NCBI RefSeq assembly: GCF_036971445.1
Contig: NC_091474.1
Coordinates: 127,038,001 to 127,102,000, forward strand
Source of the DNA: Narcine bancroftii
Lineage: Eukaryota
DNA length: 64,000 nt
Reading direction: 5' to 3'
In this document: piece by piece, positions 1 to 12,187 of the stretch
Numbering within the stretch: the first letter of the stretch is position 1
Layout: the number at the start of each line of letters is the position of its first letter
Notes under the pieces: model-generated
Seen by the model: the letters and a program-made list of their open reading frames with translations, nothing else
Database searches by the model: none
What the model was told of the DNA's origin: nothing
Program-made: the position numbers and the translations under genes

Positions 1-399
1 AAGCTTGAACATCTGAATGGATTGGTCTTTGTGGTAATGCCATTTTGTTCTATCAGTATGCATACAACTGGCTAGATTATTTTATGTTTTCAACTTTTCA
101 AAGGATTTAGGTTCAATTTTGATTTTCTTTTCACAGCTTCTGGAATAAAGGAAAGTAACTGAATGAATTGATTTATTCACAAGGTGCTAGAATTTATTAT
201 TTTTTAGCATTGGGGAAAATGAAGTGATTATGACCATTCAAATCTGTGGGGAAATTTCCTAGAGCTTCTAAGGAGGGTTGAAACTAGTTATGGGGATGGT
301 TCCCAAAGTGGCAGTGTGGCAGATGAGAAAGATGAGGCCAAAATAGAAGAAAGTCCATTAGGGAGGCTGGCAGTGGCAGGACAGAGAGCAAATAAGGTC

Positions 400-2060
400 T
401 GATAGATTAGGCTGTATTTATTTTAATGCATGGTCAGGCAGGTAAGGTAGATGAACTCAGGTCATGATAGACACATGGAACTGAGATACTATAGCTATTA
501 CAGAAGCATGATTAAAGGTTGGGCAAGACTGGCAGTGTAATTTTCTGAGGTGCAGATACTACAGACATAATGAAGGTAGAGCCAAGAGAGGAAGGGAGTT
601 TTTTTTTTGACCAGGGAGAACATCATGGTAGTACTTAGGATATCCCTGGCAATCATCCAGTGAGGGCAAGATAAGACGAGAATGATTATTTTGATAGGAC
701 TGTGCTTTAGCCCCTCTCCCCCCCCCCCCCCCAAAGGCAGCAGGAATTAATGGAGCAGATATATAGATTGCAGACAGCTGTAGGAATTATAGGGTTGTAA
801 TAGTACATGTTTTTCACTTCCTTGTTGCCATATTGCTCAGGAATTGTATGGGGCAAAATTTATAACGTGCATCCAGGAAAGTTCTCTCAAGAAAGGTGCT
901 ACTAGAGAGAGGGCAACACTTGACCTCCTATTGGGAAGTAGCTGATGGGTCAGTGTAGAAACACTTTGGGGCCACTCACCCTAATTCTATTAGCTAGAAA
1001 ATAGTTATGGAAAATAAAAGGTGCACAAGTTAAAATTCTGAATTGAGATAATTTGGATGGCATTAGACATCAAGTTGATTGGGAGAGACTGTTAGCAGGA
1101 AACGGGATGGCTGGCAATTGTGTGGCTTTTAAAAGTGAGACAGGGAGAGCTCAGGAATACCATGTTTCACTTAGAACAAAGAGCAGGGTTAGCAGTGTGA
1201 GGGAACCCTGGTTGATAAAGGATAATGATGCTCTGGTCAGGAAAAAGGAGGCATCTGTCAGGTATAAGCAACTGCAATGAAATGAAATTTTTGAGGTACA
1301 AAATGGATATAGAAGTATACTTAAGACAGAAATTAGGAGAAATAAAAGCTACGAGATAGCTTTGGTAGTTAAGGTAAAGCAGAATCCCAAGAAATTGTAC
1401 AAGTACAGTAAAACCCCAGGTATCTGGCACCTATGGGGATTGATAGATGCCAGATTTAATTGAATTAAATGAATATTTTGAATAAGTGGCCAAGAGTACT
1501 CACGAGTGCAGGGCTGTACTGTCAAAATGACATTAGCATAGCCTTTGACAAGGTCCTGCATAGAAGGATCATTTGTAAGGTTAGATCACAGTGAACTAGA
1601 AAACTGGATACAAAATTGGTTTGGTGGTAGGATAATGAACTGTTTGAGTAACTCAGTATATAAGGCAGCATCCATGGCTACAAATGATCTGTCATTTTCT
1701 TTCAGATGGGGACTCCGAGACTAAAAAAGGGATGATATTACATATATGAAGGGGGTATGAAGAGGCTGAGGAGGGGCCATGAGGTGATAGAGCATTAAAT
1801 GTGAGAGAGGTGCAAAGGCAGCTAGAGAGACCAATGGAAAGGGGATGGGAAAAACTACAGAGAAAAGTAAGAACGGGAGTACATTAAGTTTTACCTGGAG
1901 AATAAGAAGCTAAAGTATCTAAAGCATGAAGTATATAAAATCCTGATGGCATAAAGCCAATGGCGACAGTTTTTATTCCAGGGTTTGGGAGTCCAAAACT
2001 AAAAGATGTAAGTTTAAGGTGTGAGGGGAAAGATTAAAACAGAACTGTGAAGCAAATCCA
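400..2060 (+). mobile_element. Degenerate CR1-type LINE fragments (endonuclease to RT to 3' end) in a LATS1 intron
   Basis: CR1-like segments such as atagctattacagaa, cttgacctcctattggg and gcctttgacaaggtcc (AFDKV motif). Many stops and frameshifts; boundaries approximate. Confidence 0.65.
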
Positions 2061-2509
2061 TGCATCTATGATAGTGTGAATTAGTCAAATTAGGTGAAGT
2101 AGTAGTTAAGAAGTCTGGATTTAGTAACAAAGGAAAAGTTTTTTAAAAAATGCAACTTTTAAATGGCTAGAAAAAAATGTGCTAAGTATGGAAATTAACC
2201 TAAACAGTTTAAAATGGATTTTGTCCTAACCAGAGAAATTAATTGCAAATCCATCCACACCTTCTCAACAACAGGGCAAATTCAAGATGCTATCTTAAAA
2301 ACAAATAATCCCAGAAAATCAACAGGAAGATCCACAATTGATGGCATTGCAACAAATCCTTTCAAATTAATGGACCATTTACACATTAACACATGCATTG
2401 TTACCATACTTTTACTCCTTTAATTTGCTGTATATTGCCACCTTAAAATATAAAATTGATAATCCATAATTACAATCATTTGCAAAACTTCAGAATTAAA
2501 TCCTCTTAC

Positions 2510-2866
2510 CTCATCAAACCCGGCAGTCACCAAGTCTTGCAACATATGCTTGTCCACATCAGCAGATCCACGAACTGATGAACTGTACTCGTTTGAAAAC
2601 GGCAGCAAAGAATTTCGGATCTCCTGCAAGGCTTTTTGGTGAGTCACAAATTTAAGAGCATTCCGTCCTTGTTGCCTTGTATCTTCTGCACTCAATTTCA
2701 TCATACTTTGATCAGTGCTTCCAGTATCTCCCGATGGTTTGGGTAAATGTCTGAGACTCTCTCGGATTTCCTGCAACATCTGCCGGCTACTCCCAGAAAA
2801 GCTGCTGGCAGGGAATGTTTTTGGTCTCATTTGCTTATGTCCATCAAGCTTATCCCCCCTCTTCAT
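2510..2866 (-). CDS. LATS1: LATS1 large tumor suppressor kinase 1, first coding exon (119 codons); the gene continues beyond the left edge
   Basis: MKRGDKLDGHKQMRPKTFPAS...MLQEIRESLRHL...HQKALQEIRNSLLPF...LQDLVTAGFDE matches the LATS1 N-terminus. Donor GAG|GTAAGA at 2510/2509. Acceptor ttttttggttccAG puts the exon start at 3017. Adjacent to NUP43, as in human. Confidence 0.93.
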
Positions 2867-4599
2867 GAACGCTTCAGATAAAACCAACCAGTCTTGACTC
2901 ATTTACGTTAGCTGAAATATCAGCAAGTTACAGAAGGTCGACTTCTATGTTAGAAATCCAAGAATTTTAGTTACAACTGTTGTTCTGCTCATCTATGTAT
3001 TGTTAAAATCCAGTAATCTGGAACCAAAAAAAGTTGAATCACATGATGAAAACAAACTCTAATAAAAGATTCACCACACAACAGTACCTACTTGAATTTT
3101 TGGGTCAATAAGAAATGTGCAAAGATCATTTCCATCACCACTGATAAATAAAAATTGATTTCAAAATGCCAATAAATTCTTAATTCTCGTTAAGTTTATG
3201 GACTTTGGAAATATGCCACTATTTTAAATGCTGGGTAGTGGGAGTTGAAGTGCAGTTATTTCCACACACGTGCATTTTCCCAAAGAAGCAATTGTACCAC
3301 AACCAATAAGAAACTTGTTTTGCATATGTAATCCAAAGTCTAAGGTCAATCAAGCCTATTTCTTCTCTCCAGGATTCAATTTAATAATGGACTGCATGGT
3401 TCAGAACTAAACTAGTGAACCAGCAAAGAAAAACAAACCATTAAAATGCTGCAAATCATGAGTTATCTAGCAAAGTAAGATTGGGTCAATGGAATTGAAA
3501 CTTGATTTTGCAAACAGCAATTGATGACTGTAAATTGAAGATTGATATTTGTCAACCATTTATATTAAGGGATGAAAGACAGGGACAACTACATGGAGTT
3601 AGATCAAAGTTCAGCTATGAATGTTTGACATTTCGAACAGCCTTTTCTGTCCCATCCACAAGTATTTTCCAGCCTGATTTAAACACACCAGCCAGCATTG
3701 GGGGGGGGGGGGGGGGGGGGAATTTAGATAATGAAATTTAACATCTTCATTTAGTATCAGTAATTGTGATCATGAAATCATTAAAATGTTGTAAAAATCC
3801 ATTTTGTTGACGAGGGAAGAAAATCTGGGCCATGCAACTTCAGACACAGCAGCTGTTTGACACTTTAAGAGCTTGAGCAACTTAAGGTAGTGTAGCAAAT
3901 TACTCAGTTCAATGGAAATTATGAATTGGCAATAAAGATCAACTCTGCCAGTGAAGCCTGCAGAGAGTAAATAAAGGATTTTATTTAGGAAATCATTTGC
4001 ACCACATTTTGTCCAGCACATGATCAGCTCCATCACTGGTTGAGAAGGTAAACCTTATTTTATCAGGTTCACTCAAGCTACGTTACAAATACAATGGCAT
4101 CTCCCTTACAAGCACATTGACATGGAATAAAGTTTCCCCATTATGTTTCACATTACACAGTTCACTTCTTTCTCACAGTCATTAATTTTTTTCTCATTCA
4201 GGATAGCTAAGGTCTTGTAGTTGAGATTTCCACTTCCAACATGTAGCAAGGTGTGTATTGATGCCCAACTGCTAATTCTAGTCATCGTAAGAAATAGAAA
4301 TTAAAGTGAAGAAAATGTAAAAGTTTTTATGTAACAAACCACTGTTTCAATTCTGGAGTGTAAAAAAAACCCTCACACAACTGCTTACTTGAGAAGTTTA
4401 TTGAAAAAATTTGGAAAACAAGATCCAAAAGGTTTAAGACTAACATTACAACATTGAACAGTCAACTCAATTTTAGTACCGAAGAACTTCAGTTACACAT
4501 TCAGTAGGGCTGCTAAGATTGTTTAAGTGAAGGAGAGATGGAATTGAAAGTGCAGAATTATGGAAGGTTTCAGAGAATGAGAAGAAACGACTTTCCATT

Positions 4600-4712
4600 G
4601 AGAAGTCAAACACAGGATTCTGTTGGCACCTTGATGAAGGGCTCAAGCCCAAAACGTTGGCTACATAAAGGCACTGTTTGTCCTGCTGAGTTTCTCCAGC
4701 ATTTGTGTGTTT
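4600..4712 (+). mobile_element. Penelope-like terminal repeat fragment with a hammerhead-like motif
   Basis: ccttgatgaagggctcaagcccaaaacgttgg...cctgctgagtttctccagcatttgtgt is the same repeat that flanks the GIY-YIG remnant at 33.5-35.3 kb. Confidence 0.6.
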
Positions 4713-5039
4713 TATCATAAAGAGAACATAAACTAAGATAAGGGCCAAAATTCAGTGGTAGGGATGAAATTACACTATTTTATCTGGAATGTACTGCATC
4801 AAAGGGTAGCGGAAGTACGTCTCAACAGCAACTTTAGAAAAAGGGCTGGATAAATCCCTGAAAATAAAATGCGTGGAAAGAGGAGTGGAACTCATGAGAA
4901 AACTCTTTCAGACAATGGGCCAAATGGCTTCTCTTTATACTCGGATTCCGTGATTCAATACTGAAGTGCGAGGCAGCACTCGGTGGATAGTTGGAAGGGG
5001 GCAAAGGCAACCCTTCACACTGCTACCTGAGGAGTACTG

Positions 5040-5480
5040 TCCCCCTGGGCCCTAAGCCAGTGAGCCGGCGGTATTGTGCACGCCCAGGCCTGCAACCTCA
5101 GCGGGCTCCAGTCCCTTCCTGCCCCAGATCATCACCCAGCCCCCTCGGCCATTTTGGGCCTCGCTTCTTCTTACCAACTCATCGTACCGCACGCCTCCAA
5201 CGCTCGATCGGCGCGGATACGCACCTCCCTGGGCCAAGGAAAAGGCTGCGAGAGCCTTTCTCAGACTCCTCCTCTACTTGTGCCGACGCTCTCCTTCTAC
5301 TTACTCTCTCCACAATGGCTGCTTCGTTTCTCTCTGCAACGATCGTGCCTCTCGCGAGATCACGGTGCAGACCGGGGATTCGTCAGGCTCGTCATACGAT
5401 TCCTGCAAATGTTCAGTTTTGGAGCCCCCTGGAGGCCGGGAGGAGTTACTCCTTGAGCCAGTCACCTCCAAACTTCACTC
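5040..5480 (-). promoter_or_regulatory. CpG island, probable LATS1 promoter and non-coding exon 1
   Basis: Local CpG/GC enrichment in an AT-rich background. Palindrome TCTCGCGAGA at 5350-5359. Candidate minus-strand donors GA|GTAAGT (5305/5304) and TTG|GTAAGA (5175/5174). Confidence 0.7.
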
Positions 5481-5589
5481 GTAAGTAGCACTGTTGTCTC
5501 TATTTATCAAGATTGCATACTTGATTAAGGGCATGCTTAAATATGGACCGGTTAAACAGGAAAGTCTGCAGACGCTGTGATTGCAGTGC

Positions 5590-5975
5590 AATACACAAAA
5601 GAAAGTAAAGGAAGATAACCTGAGGACAAGAATAAACTCCAGAGGGTTGTTAACTCGGCCTGGGACATCAAGGCACCAGACTTCACTCCATCGAGCACAT
5701 CTATATAGGCGGTGTCTTAAAAAAGCAGCCTCTATTCTCAGAGACTCCCACCACCCAGGCTGTGCCCTCTTCACTAAAGAAAAGCACTCAGATTCTCAAG
5801 GACAGCTCAGATTCCTGAATAATCAATGATCCAAAGACACTGCCTTACTTTTCGCGCACTATTATTGATATTTTATTTTTTAAAGTAATGTTGTCAGATG
5901 GTTATATTATGTATGTTTGCGCTGTGATGTTGCCACAAAAACACCAAATTTCATGGTAATAAATCCTGATTCTGA
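5590..5975 (+). mobile_element. Rex1/Babar-like LINE 3' fragment
   Basis: Similar to the 3' end at 50690-51087 (gactccca ccacccagg ... aataaatcctgattctgat tail). Confidence 0.6.
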
Positions 5976-5984
5976 TCCTTTTAG

Positions 5985-8900
5985 ACAGGAGCAGTATCAA
6001 AGGCAAAGTATCACAGCGATGCCCTTGGCCGCAGGTAAGGTGTCGGAGAATGGCAAATTAATTCACATTGTTTAAAAAAAAAGGTAATAGAGGGAATGCT
6101 GGAAATTATAGACCAGTGAGCAGTGGCAGGCAAGCTATTGGAGAGAATTATTAAGGATAAGATATACAAGCATTTAGAGAAGTACAGTCTGCTCAGGGAT
6201 AGTCAGCATGTCTTTGTGATGGGAAGGTCGTGCCTCACAAGCCTAATTAAATTTTTGAGGATGATGCACCATTAATTACCACAAAAAACTCAGGTCGTGA
6301 AACAAATAGGCTTTTAATTGACTATAGACTGGAACAGCAACCAACCTCATCGACTGATCATGGCAGGAAGAGTGGGGAGCATGCAAAGCGGTAATGGGTA
6401 GAATCAGTCTCAGGAGGTGTGTCAAGCGGCAATAGCTAATCATAGTATAACAGTGGTTTACCACATTCACCCCTCCTCTTTAAGAAGTCCTGCAGGTGAG
6501 AGAAAAACAAAGCAAATATATGCACATATACATATTTTACAGGTGGTCTGTCGAGGGACTTCTCTGTCACAAAGAATGATGTCATGGTTGGGGCACCACC
6601 GTGGTGCCAAGGGCAGCTTGTGTGATTTGTCTGTCATTACCGGTTACAATTCACCGGGGTGGGTGGGGGGGAAGGACAGGGACAGATGAAGGATGGAGGG
6701 AGTGTGGTGCATCATAGTTGCCTGGAGTGTAGTGTGGTCAGCAGCACATTCAAGGACCCCAAGATGGCAGTGGTGGGAGTGTCTATTGGTGGTCAATCAC
6801 AGTCGGAGGGGAACCCGATGGTACCAAATTCTGGATGGCAACTGTGTCTTTGCACCCATCAGGGAAGGCCATGTAAGCATATTGAGGGTTTGCATGGATG
6901 ATGCAGACCCTCTCGACCAGTGGGTCAGTCTTAGATTGCCTGGTGTGCTTCTGAGGCAGGACTGGTCCCAGGCAGTTCAGCCAGGCAGGTAGCATAGTCC
7001 CTGATGTAGACTTCCTAGGGACATATTGTTAGTGGCTGTACATAAGAGTGACTGTACAGAGTGGAGTACATCTGGGAGGACCTCTTGCCAGTGGAAGATG
7101 GGAAGGCCCTGTGACCTCACTGCCAGAACAATGATTTTCCAGAGCATGGCATTCTCCCATTCCACCTGCCCATTCCCTCTGGGGTTGTAGCTGGTGGTCC
7201 TGCTCACGGCGATGCCCTTGGCCAGCAGGTATTGCCACAGCTCATCACTTATGAATGAGGTACCCCAGTCACTGTGGATGAAGCAGGGGTACCCAAAGAG
7301 CATGAAAACATTGTGGAGGGCCTTAATGACCGTAGTCGTGGTCATGTTCAGGCAGGAGATGGCAAAAGGGAAGCAAGAATATTCATCGACGACGGTGAGG
7401 AAGTAGAAGCTCTGGTTTGAGGAAGGGTCGAGACCCCTTGAAGTTGATGCTCAGGCACTCGAAGGGGTGTGTAGCTTTGATCAGGTGTGCCTTGTCCAGG
7501 TGGTAGAAGTGTGGTTTACACTCAGCACAGACCTGGCAGTTTTTGGTCATTGTTCTGACTTCCTCAATGGAGTATGGTAGATTCTGGGCTTTAATGAAAT
7601 GGACCTATTCACTCCGGAGTGGCAGAGGTTGTTGTGGAGGGTATGCAATCTGTCCATTTGGACACAGGCACGTCCCATGGGATAGGGCGTCCGAGGGCTC
7701 GTTACATTTTCAAGGCCAGTATAGGATATCACAATTATAGGTGGACAGTTCGATTCTTCACCTGAGGATTTTATCATTCTTGATTTCTCCCCTCTGCTTA
7801 TTATTGAACATGAAGGTGACCACCCGCTGGTCCGTGAAGAGGGTGAAGCATTTGCCATGAGGTAGTGTCTCCAGTGTTGTAGTGCCTACATGATGGCCTG
7901 GGCCTCCTTTTCAAATGAGTGGTGGATTTCAGGGCCTTGTAGGGTGTCTGAGAAGGTAATGACTCTAAAGTTGGCACTGGAAATTAGAGAGTACTTGGAG
8001 GCATGACCAACTGGAATTCTATGAAGTAAGAAGCAGGCAAGATAAAAGAGATGGAGTGAACGCTATTCATTTGGATTTTCAGAAAACCTTTGACGAGCTG
8101 CCACAGGAGGCTACTTAACAAGATAAGAGCCTATGGTATAACAGGAAACATACTAGGATGGGTAGAGCATTCGCTGATTGGCAGGAAGCAAAGAGTTAGA
8201 ATACAGGGATCTATGCTGGTTGGCTACCAGATGCTAGTAGTGTTTCACAGGAGTCAGTGGTTCGGGCCACTTTTGCTGTATTCAGATTATAGAATGAATG
8301 GCTTTGAGGTAGTTTGCAGATTGTATGAAGATAGGTGGAAGATCAGGTTGTGTTGAGGAAATGGAGACTGCAGAATGACTTAGATTAGGAGAACGGGCAG
8401 AGAAGTGGTAAATGAAATACAATGTCAGAAAGTGTATGATCATGCACTTTGGTAGAGAAAAACAAAATGAGCAGATTATTTTCTAAATGGGGATAAAATT
8501 TAAAATACCCAGATGCAAAGGGACCTGGGAGATCTGTGCAGGACAGCCTGAAGGTAAACTAGCATGTTGAGTCGATGGTGAAGAAGGCAAGTGCAATGCC
8601 AGCATTCATTCAGAATGTGATGTTGAGGCTTTTACAAGGCACTAGTGAGATCTCAGTTGGAGAATTGTGAGCAGTTTTGGGCTTTTCTTTTAAGAAAGAA
8701 AAAAAGAGGGTTCAGAGGCAGTTCATAAGGATGATTCCAGGAATGAAAGCTGGTACTCGTTGGAATTTAGGAGAATGGGGGAGGGGGGGAAGGAATCTCA
8801 GTGAAACATTTCAAATATTGAAAGGCATGGACAGAGTAGGTATAGAAAGTTTGTTTCCCATAAGAGAGCACAACTTCAGAATTTAAGGGCATCTGCCTGG

Positions 8901-9125
8901 AACAGAGATGCAAAGGAATTTCTTTAGCCAAATTGTATTTGTTGTCACAGGTGGTTGTAGAGGCCAGGTCATTGGGTGTATCTAAGGCAGAGATTGATAG
9001 GTTCTTGATTAGCCAGGAAATCAAAGGCTATGGGGAGAAGGCTGGGTGTGGGAAAATGGATGATTATATGGCAGTGCAGACTTGATGAGCTGAATAGCCT
9101 ATTTCTGCTCCTTTGTCTTACGGCC
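5985..9125 (+). mobile_element. CR1 LINE RT region and 3' end, interrupted by a Gypsy element (6262-7955)
   Basis: RT motifs NYRPVS (ggaaattatagaccagtgag), LDFQK.FD and HRRLLNKIRAYGI. CR1 3' end near 9000-9125. The two halves may not be the same copy. Confidence 0.75.
6262..7955 (-). mobile_element. Truncated Gypsy/Ty3 LTR retrotransposon: RNase H and integrase remnants, PPT and 3' LTR (6262-6465)
   Basis: ORF 6977-7345 (FGYP.FIHSD.GTSF...TSYNPRGNGQVE) is an integrase core. On the minus strand the polypurine tract aaagaggaggggtgaa (6466-6482) directly precedes TGTGGTAAACC...GCATCA. Confidence 0.85.
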
Positions 9126-9677
9126 TTAATTTTCTATGCCCCATTCATTTTTACACCCCACACCTAAGTTGGTCTGGGCCAAAACATCCATTTTAAAAAT
9201 TCCATCCTTGCAATCATAGCTTCACTTTTTTTCTGATTTCTCGCCTCTGCCAAACTGGAACCCAACAAGGTTTCCCTGCCATCCCTGCTCTCCCTGTGCA
9301 TCATCACTTTCCTTGCTTGCCATTGGTCCAACACAACAGCCATCATAGCATCAAATACTGGATCTTTGTAAACCTTGTATGCTCACTTACACTTCTCTCC
9401 TATGAACTTTGTTAATCTGCTCATGCAAACTGGAGACTTATTTCAGTGTAAAAGAAATTGACTTGAATTTAGAGATGCACTGGGACTTTTCACCATATTA
9501 AAGATGCTGCCCGATTATATCTAGAATTGAGCCTAAAAGTGTCACTCTGATTTAAAGGCTATCACCATACCCTTAGGATGAGACAGAGAAAATGTTATAA
9601 CAGATATAATGGACAACTCAGCAGATCCCTGCTTTTTATATTCATCATCATTCAATATCAAAGACTTCTCAACTCAA

Positions 9678-9890
9678 CTGGTTGGTGTAGCGATTAACAC
9701 AATGCCAGCGATTGGGACCTGATCTGGGTTCAAATCCTGCGCTGGAAGGAATTTGTACGTTTTCCCTGTGTCTGCATGAGTTTTCTCTGGTTTCCACCCA
9801 CCATTCTAAACGTACTGGGGAGTAGGTTAATGGGGTGTAAAATGGGCTGCATGGACTGGTAGGGCCGAATTGCCTGTTACCGTGCTGTGA
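9678..9890 (+). mobile_element. tRNA-derived SINE (V-SINE/HE1-like)
   Basis: A-box-like tggtgtagcg, B-box gggttcaaatcc and central ttccctgtgtctgcatgagtttt. Many related copies occur in the window. Confidence 0.7.
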
Positions 9891-10144
9891 GGAGCAATTT
9901 AAAACAGGCATTATCTAACCTTCATGTTCAATAATAAGCAGAGGGGAGAAAATTATGTCTAATTTTAAAAACTAGTTTATTTCCACCATAAATTGTTAAA
10001 AAGGTTAAAAATATAGCACCACCCAATGTACTATGTAAGCTGATAAGAGTTTGTGACTAAAGGGCATGACATCTAATTCAATCAGATTTGATCCTTTGCA
10101 CAAGGTTTTAAATTAGACACAACCATGTAGTTTTGAAGAGGTAC

Positions 10145-10150
10145 TTTATT
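10145..10150 (-). terminator. Candidate NUP43 polyadenylation signal (AATAAA)
   Basis: tttatt on the plus strand about 90 nt after the stop codon. A second candidate is at 9976-9981. Confidence 0.5.
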
Positions 10151-10239
10151 TAAAGCCATCCAAGTGTGCTGCACTGCAATGATCATGTTTTAGTTTGAAG
10201 AGCAATGGTTCATATTCAGGAATTTTAATCTGCTTACAC

Positions 10240-10463
10240 TCAGACCTGCAGATTTCTGGTAATGTATATAGCTTCTGCATCTGTCCCACAGACTAAATGC
10301 TCTCCCACAATGTCCAAACTATTGACTGAAAGGTTATAATCTGACAGCAGACTTTTGGCATCCACTTTTCCTTTCGTAATGTCACTGGTAACCCATGCAC
10401 TGCTCACTGACTGATTCATGTTGACATGGGAAACCAAATTATTCAATGCGTAGTTTCTTTTAC
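10240..10463 (-). CDS. NUP43: NUP43 exon 8 (last, ends at TGA)
   Basis: GKRNYALNNLVSH...LSVNSLDIVGEHLVCGTDAEAIYITRNLQV*. Acceptor ttttcttAG; phase 1 is consistent with exon 7. Confidence 0.93.
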
Positions 10464-11096
10464 CTAAGAAAATACAAGAAAAAAGTAACTGTCATAACTA
10501 GTATATAATTATATTGAACATGTCCCCTAATGTGTAATTAACTGAATGTACAGTACATCCAATGTTCAGAAGCACCAGTCTTGTAATAATGCTGAAATCA
10601 CCGATCAAAATTTGCAGAAAACAGAAGATGTTGGAATTGCCCAGGTCAGACAGCAGTAAATACATTTTCAGCATTTTCTGGGTTTTTTTTTCAGAATTTC
10701 AGCACCTGCCTTTTTCCCCATGGCAATTCAATTCTGCTTTATTTACAATCATGTCTGATCGGCTTCTATTATTGCACATTCTCAATATTGTCGAAGCAAT
10801 TTAAAAAAGTATTTCTAATGGTGGCTTTTGATTGTATGATTTAGAGATCATAAAGACATCCAGATAGAGACAGTGAGACATGGGAAGGCTAGCACTCCAA
10901 GTGTCAATAGAGAGGAATTTAACTCATGGCCATGTAAAATACTAAAGTGGGTAGATGTGTCAACTCCCACCCCAACTATGGCCTCTCTATTTGTAAAATC
11001 ATAGCATTTAAAAAAAATAAAATATCCATTTCATAGCATTTATTGGATCTTTGCTAAAAACAACTTAAGCAATACTAACCAAAAAAGACTTCATAC

Positions 11097-11216
11097 CTTG
11101 AAGAAAGGAAGGTTTTTCAGAATTAACAACAGATGCATTCCAATGCCACAAAGACCCATCCTCAGAGCAGGTAAAGACATGGTCAGGGTTGGAAGGATGA
11201 AAATGAACTTCCCACA
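11097..11216 (-). CDS. NUP43: NUP43 exon 7
   Basis: (M)WEVHFHPSNPDHVFTCSEDGSLWHWNAS...; acceptor caacAG, donor G|GTATGA. Confidence 0.94.
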
Positions 11217-11435
11217 CTGTTGATTGAAAAAAACAAATCAATGAGAATGTCACGCTTTGTCATGCAGCCCAGAGGTCTTATTATGTTTATATAAAATATA
11301 TTTGTCATTGACGTGATTGTCCACTGTGGTGATGACATTGCATGGTTGATTTGGCAAGACATTGTTCAAATCCATGTCTGGAAAAGATCAAGCCAAATGA
11401 ATAACAAAACATTGTGTTTACCATACTTTAATGGA

Positions 11436-11491
11436 CGTGGACATACCCCTCCATAAATCTTCATCCGCGAAGCCAAGCCAAAGAAGAAAAG
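11436..11491 (+). mobile_element. Extremely 5'-truncated RTE LINE (3' UTR only)
   Basis: cccctccataaatcttcatccgcgaagccaagccaaagaag matches the 3' end of the RTE at 17946. Flanked by AATGGA direct repeats. Confidence 0.8.
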
Positions 11492-11568
11492 AATGGATTA
11501 AGGTAATCAACACAGTCAACATCTTGTGCAGCTGTGAGGGGAGGTGGAGTTGAATAAAAGGCAGACTT

Positions 11569-12187
11569 TTTTTTAAATTTTTCACACCATAAATCACATT
11601 AGCCATGATATACACTTTTTCTTTTTCACACATATACAGTGACTTTTTCTCCCCCCCCTCCCTCCTCCCAAGCCACCCCCCCACCCCCCCCTCTCATCCA
11701 TTTTAGGTATACAATCTAGGTTGCATTAAGCCAGTCAGACAATGTTGTCATTCAACAAAAATACACCAGAAATTCTACTGAGTCCATTCTTTTCTTTCCT
11801 TCTCCTTCCATCAACTTAGGTAATGTTTGTCCCCGGTAGGTTTTCGCTATTGTATTTAATGTAAGGCTCCCATACTTGTTCGAATATTTCAATATTATTT
11901 CTTAAACTATATGTTATTTTTTCTAATGGAATACATTTATTCATTTCTATATACCATTGTTGTATTTTCAGATTATCTTCCAATTTCCAGGTTGACATAA
12001 TACATTCTTTTGCTACGGCTAGGGCTATCTTAACAAATCTTTTTTGTGCATCCTCCAGATCAATTCCAAATTCTTTGTTTTTTATGTTGCTTAGGAGAAA
12101 GATCTCTGGGTTCTTTGGTATATTGTTTTCTGTTATTTTATTTAATATCTGATTGAGATCATCCCAAAATTTTTCTACTCTCTCACA
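11569..12187 (-). mobile_element. Young 5'-truncated L1/Tx1-like LINE with an 18-bp target-site duplication
   Basis: Open ORF2 C-terminus (KFWDDL...AKECIMSTWK...CIPLEKITY). Poly-T at the left end. TGAATAAAAGGCAGACTT at both 11551-11568 and 12188-12205. Confidence 0.88.

Noticed and set aside
3699-3720. Poly-G run (and poly-C at about 718-732) as functional elements
   Set aside because: Isolated homopolymers with no supporting context; their lengths are error-prone.
3830-4030. Possible conserved non-coding element in LATS1 intron 1
   Set aside because: It only looks non-repetitive. Conservation cannot be assessed without alignments.
4991-5488. Overlapping 126-165 aa ORFs in three frames
   Set aside because: They arise from stop-codon scarcity in a GC-rich CpG island and show no recognisable protein motifs.
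9678-9760. tRNA gene
   Set aside because: The A/B-box-like motifs belong to SINE heads, and no cloverleaf can be formed.
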